The translations under genes were made by a program, and so were the position numbers. A stretch of DNA of 64,000 bases, taken from positions 4,750-68,749 of the forward strand of contig JBJLAJ010000004.1 in NCBI GenBank assembly GCA_045568775.1, read 5' to 3'. This DNA comes from Cytophagales bacterium. Its GTDB lineage: Bacteria > Bacteroidota > Bacteroidia > Cytophagales > MED-G16. The notes under the pieces are model-generated. The model saw nothing but the letters and a program-made list of their open reading frames with translations. It was not told where the DNA came from and made no database searches. Below are positions 58,646 to 64,000 of the stretch, in pieces (position 1 is the first letter of the stretch; every line of letters starts with the position of its first letter).

Positions 58646-58744
58646 TTTTCTTACAATGCTTGCAGTTTTTTCTTCTACAATATAAATAATTCTGACAGTT
58701 ATTTGACAGTTATTGATTAATCAATCTTTTAAGGCCTTTAAGGT
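58646..58744 (+). repeat. Dispersed direct repeat, copy 1 (99 bp)
   Basis: Identical to 61407-61505. Confidence 0.97.
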
Positions 58745-58773
58745 ACGGGGTTGAATGATCCCCTAGGGTAAGA
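58738..58773. repeat. Short hairpin element, copy a
   Basis: TTAAGGTACGGGGTTGAATGATCCCCTAGGGTAAGA, similar to 59588-59626. Confidence 0.75.
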
Positions 58774-58775
58774 GA

Positions 58776-59551
<776 letters not shown>

Positions 59552-59587
59552 AATAGTAATCTATAGATATAAATAAACATAATCAAC

Positions 59588-59626
59588 TTAAGATACGGGG
59601 TTGAAACAATCCCCTTGATAGTAAGA
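59588..59626. repeat. Short hairpin element, copy b
   Basis: TTAAGATACGGGGTTGAAACAATCCCCTTGATAGTAAGA. Confidence 0.75.
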
Positions 59627-59630
59627 ATAT

Positions 59631-60179
59631 TTATTCTCCTATTGGTGAATGAGGAATTAGTGCAAACAATTTTGAAGCTACCATCAATTTTTTTCAAAAT
59701 ATATGATGCTTCTCTCTCTTTCTCACCCATTATATTACCATCTTTTAGAAAACCTTGTAAAATTCATTTCAATAATAATAATATCATTGTCTTCTTTATA
59801 ATGCTCAAAACTATTTGTGACTGAATATCCATAGTTATTTTCCTCTAATTGATTAAAAGTATTTTTAAGAAAAGAAAGTACTTGATCCTGTGTTGAAAGT
59901 ACAGTAATTTCATCTTGATTGTATAATGTGAAAGGTAATCCATAAATTTCTTCAGTTATCTTATTAAAGTCTTGATCACTCCAATATTTTACATAAGTAC
60001 TGAATAGTTGATTTACCAATGGATTTATCAGTTTTGACTCATTTGCTTTTTCAAGCCTATTTTCTGCCTTAACCCTTTGTGTTTTAAGTTCTTCTTCAAC
60101 GGAATTTTGATGATAATCAGATATTCCAGTAATTGCTATTATTACAATTAAGGAAGCAATAATTATATTTTTTTTTCAT
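59631..60179 (-). CDS. NTF2/SnoaL-like hypothetical protein with N-terminal anchor (frameshifted)
   Basis: ATG 60179 with an A9 slip leads into ORF 59735-60019; the C-terminus (REASYILKKIDGSFKIV...) continues in other frames to a stop at 59631. Confidence 0.55.
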
Positions 60180-60195
60180 TCTTCAATATAAAATT

Positions 60196-60682
60196 TCATT
60201 GAGGCATATTTGCAACATATTCTGTTGGATCAAAAATAAAAGCTCCTTCACTTACTTTATCTCCATCCCATTTAAAACCAAGAATGTACAGGATTGCTAA
60301 TTGTTACTCCTGTGGACTTACTTGTTGCTTTCCAAGTAAACCAATAGTTTGAATAAACATTACCATCCTCAAAAGTCGTGGTAGTAGTAGCTCTTTCAAT
60401 ATTTTCAACATTTTCATAAAATTCTTTATCTCTTGAAAATTCTTCAATCATTTGAGCAGGTGAAACATCATTGCTGTTGATATGAATTATAGCATCTTCA
60501 GTAAATAAGTCAATTTGAGTTTCTAAATTATTTTCTAAATATGCTTTTGTGAAGTTATCCATAGCTTGTGATTTAGAATCATTCATTTCAACAATTCCCT
60601 CTTGGAATTCTGATTTATTACTTGTGTTATCTGCACAAGAAAATATTGTTATTGATAATATTATTAATAAAAAGTTTTTCAT
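60196..60682 (-). CDS. NTF2/SnoaL-like lipoprotein (C-terminal frameshift)
   Basis: Lipobox IFSC; NPVHSWF continues after a slip as KWDGDKVSEGAFIFDPTEYVANMPQ*. Confidence 0.65.
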
Positions 60683-60776
60683 TTTGTTGTATTTAAAATT
60701 TAGATGGTTACTTAATTATTACAATCTACAACTATCCAAGAAAAATTCAAAAGGGTTATGTTTGACCTTTTATTAT

Positions 60777-61395
60777 TTAGTTTTCTTTATATTCTATTTT
60801 TTCTTTCGACTGAATCCAAACTTTTCCTTTACCTCTTAACTTATATAAACCACCATCTCCACTAGAAATTAATTTTTTAGCCCCTCCTGTAATCCATTCA
60901 TATTTTATAGACTCTTGAAAGCCAATTAAGGCATCTTCATCTACATACAAAGGTTTATTTGAATTGAGTGATTTTTCAATTATTTGTCCATACCTTTTCA
61001 GAAATAATGTTCCAGCACCTTCTGTTTTAACCAAGAATGGTTCACTTAAATCATCAATTTTAATTTGAATATCATATGTTCTTGCAAAATGTTGTGAACC
61101 ATAAAATATAATTTGATTTTGCTTATTAATATCTAAGCTGAAAATTTCTGCAGTGTCTTTTGGAGAGAATCCCATTTTCAAATTTTCATTAGCGGTATAG
61201 ATAATTATAGGTTAAACTTTTCCCACCAAGAATTTTAGAAATTATATTTTTATAACTTTCAACTTCAATTTTATTCTCAAAATTATACTCTCCATCACTG
61301 TAAATTAAGCATCCTTTTTCAATGATTATTTTTTCATTTTTGCTTAATTCCAATAATAAATATGAGTTTGGAGATTTTATGATTTGAAATTTCAT
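60777..61395 (-). CDS. AIM24/TIGR00266-like protein (split by a frameshift near 61190)
   Basis: MKFQI...LLLEL..NEKIIIEKGCLIY; EGAGTLFL..YG.I; LYVDEDALIGF; LRGKGKVWIQS. Confidence 0.65.
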
Positions 61396-61406
61396 ACCTC
61401 AACTTA

Positions 61407-61509
61407 TTTTCTTACAATGCTTGCAGTTTTTTCTTCTACAATATAAATAATTCTGACAGTTATTTGACAGTTATTGATTAATCAATCTTTTAAGGCCTTT
61501 AAGGTTGGG
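61407..61509 (+). repeat. Dispersed direct repeat, copy 2
   Basis: 61407-61505 is identical to copy 1; 61433-61509 is identical to copy 3. Confidence 0.97.
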
Positions 61510-61570
61510 TGATTTATTATATTTGTTTTGTGGAAAAAAATTAAATTAAGTTTAACTATATAATAATTAT

Positions 61571-61948
61571 ATGGATTCAATAAATAAAAACTGGAAATCA
61601 ATATTTCTTTTCTCAACTATTTTTTTCATACTAGGATATCTAGTAGGAAATAACTTTAAAGGACATAAACCTATGGGTGGGTTTTTTGTAAGTGAAGACA
61701 TTAAGGAAATGGATCATATAGGAAATATTTTAAAGGGTGATGGAAAAAATGAACACATCGTTATCAAAAAGTTTAAGAATGGAGAGGGTACAATAGATGT
61801 AGATGTTAACATAGATAGTGAAATGGATATTGACAAGATAATTAAAGAAGCAGAAGGTGATCCAAATATGACCATTAAAATTGATAGTACTTCAAAGGAT
61901 GGTAAAAAGCAAATTAAAGTTGAAGTTAGAAAAGAACATAAAAATTAG
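61571..61948 (+). CDS. Hypothetical protein with N-terminal TM helix
   Basis: 125-aa ORF; TATATTTG promoter-like motif at 61518-61525. Confidence 0.65.
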   Translation: MDSINKNWKSIFLFSTIFFILGYLVGNNFKGHKPMGGFFVSEDIKEMDHIGNILKGDGKNEHIVIKKFKNGEGTIDVDVNIDSEMDIDKIIKEAEGDPNMTIKIDSTSKDGKKQIKVEVRKEHKN

Positions 61949-61964
61949 ATATTAAGTTCCATAA

Positions 61965-63059
61965 ATGAATAATAATTTTGAAATTGATTTAAACTGGGGC
62001 AGCAGACAAGAACTTATATTAGTGATATTATTAATTTTTATTTCAGGATTGATTGCCAAAGTTCCCTTTTTATTTAATATTGACCCAGAATTATTTTATC
62101 CTCGTAATATAGGCACAATTGTTTTTCCAACACTAATTTCATATCTGTCTTGGCGATATCAAATAACTCTTTTCAATTGGGGAAAATTTATAATAATTTC
62201 TTCAATACCGATTGTATTTATTAATTTATTTCCAGGTGGTGATAACAGTGACACTTTTATTCTTTCGTCTACACATTCATTATTTCTTTTGCTTTCTATT
62301 TATAGTCTAGTCTATGTGGGTGAATTTTGGAAAAATAATCATAAAAGAATAAAATTTCTTCACTACTGTGGAGATTTAATAATTATGAGCGGTTTATTAT
62401 TGATATCAGGAGGTTTATTTACTGCAATTACCATTGGTTTATTTGAGATGATTGGATATAATATAGAAGATTTTTATTTTGAAAACATTGCGATTTGGGG
62501 AATTCCTGCAATTCCAATTCTAGCCTCTTACCTAATTTTTAATAATAAAAACTTAGTTAGTAATATATCTCCAGTAATTGCAAAAATTTTTACTCCATTA
62601 GTGTTTATAATTTTATTAATTTTTTCGATTACTACAATTTTTTCTGACAAAAATTTTTTTGCAGATAGAGAATTATTGTTATTGTTTAACATAATTATAA
62701 TTGCAGTATTAGCTTTAATATTATTTTCATTAAGCCATATAAATAAAAGAAATAAATTTCAATTTATTATTCTACTTTCTCTTTCATTGATTTGTATAGT
62801 TGATAATTTAATTGTTCTTTATGCTATAAGTTCACGTCTTTTTGAGTTTGGAATAACACCAAATAGACTTGCAGTGACAGGTTTAAATATGCTTGTTTTT
62901 TTTCACCTGATTATTATTTCAAGACAATTATTTTCATCAGTAATAAAAGAAGTTAATATTAAAAACATATTTAATAGTATTGGAGGGTTTTTACCTATTT
63001 ACGTTTTTTGGACATTAATAATCGTTTTTTTATTTCCTATAATCTTTAACTTTAAATAA
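61965..63059 (+). CDS. Polytopic membrane protein (DUF4153-like)
   Basis: About 10 TM helices, FYPRN, ISPVIAKIFTPL, FGITPNRLAV.G.N. Confidence 0.7.
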   Translation: MNNNFEIDLNWGSRQELILVILLIFISGLIAKVPFLFNIDPELFYPRNIGTIVFPTLISYLSWRYQITLFNWGKFIIISSIPIVFINLFPGGDNSDTFILSSTHSLFLLLSIYSLVYVGEFWKNNHKRIKFLHYCGDLIIMSGLLLISGGLFTAITIGLFEMIGYNIEDFYFENIAIWGIPAIPILASYLIFNNKNLVSNISPVIAKIFTPLVFIILLIFSITTIFSDKNFFADRELLLLFNIIIIAVLALILFSLSHINKRNKFQFIILLSLSLICIVDNLIVLYAISSRLFEFGITPNRLAVTGLNMLVFFHLIIISRQLFSSVIKEVNIKNIFNSIGGFLPIYVFWTLIIVFLFPIIFNFK

Positions 63060-63074
63060 TTAATATAAATTTTA

Positions 63075-63272
63075 ATGATAAAAATATTTCTATCAATATT
63101 AAAGAAAGTTTTTTTTTACTTTTTACTTTTCACTGGTATAATTCTATCAACATCTCATCTCGGTGACAATTTTATGGGAATTAGTGATGAGGAAGGATAT
63201 CTTTTGACTATTGGATTATGTTCTTTAGTTGCTTTCATTTTAGAATATTTGATTCCAAAACTTAAATCTTAA
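63075..63272 (+). CDS. Small two-TM hypothetical protein
   Basis: 65-aa ORF co-oriented with the two preceding genes. Confidence 0.5.
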   Translation: MIKIFLSILKKVFFYFLLFTGIILSTSHLGDNFMGISDEEGYLLTIGLCSLVAFILEYLIPKLKS

Positions 63273-63281
63273 TTACTTCCC

Positions 63282-63358
63282 CTTCTACAATATAAATAAT
63301 TCTGACAGTTATTTGACAGTTATTGATTAATCAATCTTTTAAGGCCTTTAAGGTTGGG
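63282..63358 (+). repeat. Dispersed direct repeat, copy 3 (77 bp, 5'-truncated)
   Basis: Identical to 61433-61509. Confidence 0.97.
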
Positions 63359-63389
63359 AGTTTTATTATTTAAAGTGTAAACTGAATAT

Positions 63390-64000
63390 CTACCTCTCTA
63401 TTACTACCTTAACTTTATTTACTTCTTCATCTGTAGTAATATGTAATAGATAGGTACCTTCTATTATATTAGATACATTAATCCTAATTGAAGAATTATT
63501 CGACTCTACTTTATTTGGTGTTATTACTTTACCCACTAAAGTCAACAAACTCTACTTTTTCAACTTTAGAATTGTCCCTTAATTCAACTATCAACTCATT
63601 ATCAACAGGATTGGGATAAACTTTTTTCACAAAAGAAATATTCTCTACAAATAATGGAAGCGGACATCCATTAGCATCTACAGTTTCTCCAGTTGGAGTA
63701 TTAGGACATTGGTCCAAATCATCAGTTACACCATCACCGTCCGTATCTTTTTGTGAGTCTGAACATCCATTAGCATCAACCGTCTCTCCATTAGGTGTAG
63801 AAGGACATTGATCCACATCATCAGTTACTCCATCACCATCAGTATCAAATGTTGAGATAGTATCAGCATCATAAGACCATGTTATTCCCTCATCATTTTT
63901 TATTCTTAATCTATAGTAATAATTTGAATTTGGGTTAAGATTATCTAAGGTTATATTTAATGTGTCTTGTACAATTAAATTTAATGGAACATTTTCCTCT
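63390..64000 (-). CDS. C-terminal part of a T9SS-secreted protein with FN3-like segment and thrombospondin type-3 repeats (frameshift near 63530)
   Basis: LDNLNPNSNYYYRLRI, two DTDGDGVTDDxDQCP...VDANGC repeats, KVYPNPV CTD finishing ...GTYLLHI...KVVIER* at 63390. Confidence 0.8.

Noticed and set aside
63663..63846. 99-bp-spaced duplicated sequence near the right edge
   Set aside because: These are ordinary coding thrombospondin type-3 repeats, unrelated to the non-coding array element.

Overview
AT-rich, gene-dense bacterial chromosome segment, most likely from a streamlined aquatic Bacteroidota. The evidence is T9SS C-terminal domains, TAnnTTTG promoters, a fused E1 alpha/beta dehydrogenase and the rpmB-rpmG-DUF4295-ftsY cluster; the lineage is inferred from gene content only. 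Positions 1-58.5 kb are mostly housekeeping, envelope and hydrolase genes (lipA, ispF, bshC/ypdA, rimO, holB, rpmE2, gmhA, ptrB, lgt, trkAH, ftsY, rpmG/rpmB, rocD, rmuC, gcvP, pyrC). This part also holds a 1428-aa T9SS-secreted HEXXH metalloprotease and a pentameric ligand-gated ion channel homologue. Three translation/targeting-associated genes (L31, DUF4295, FtsY) carry long acidic tandem-repeat extensions. The most unusual structure begins right after tRNA-His(GTG) at 58.57 kb. An identical non-coding 77-99 bp element occurs three times in direct orientation (58646, 61407, 63282). It contains a tandem TGACAGTTATT pair and a perfect 14-bp palindrome, and it separates unrelated gene modules. 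A second, shorter hairpin element follows the stop codons of two cargo genes. This looks like a tRNA-anchored array of gene cassettes that runs off the right edge. No recombinase is visible in the window. The first module is rich in frameshifts and has a 33-C run, so sequencing or assembly artefacts must be excluded. All product calls come from motif recognition, not database searches.
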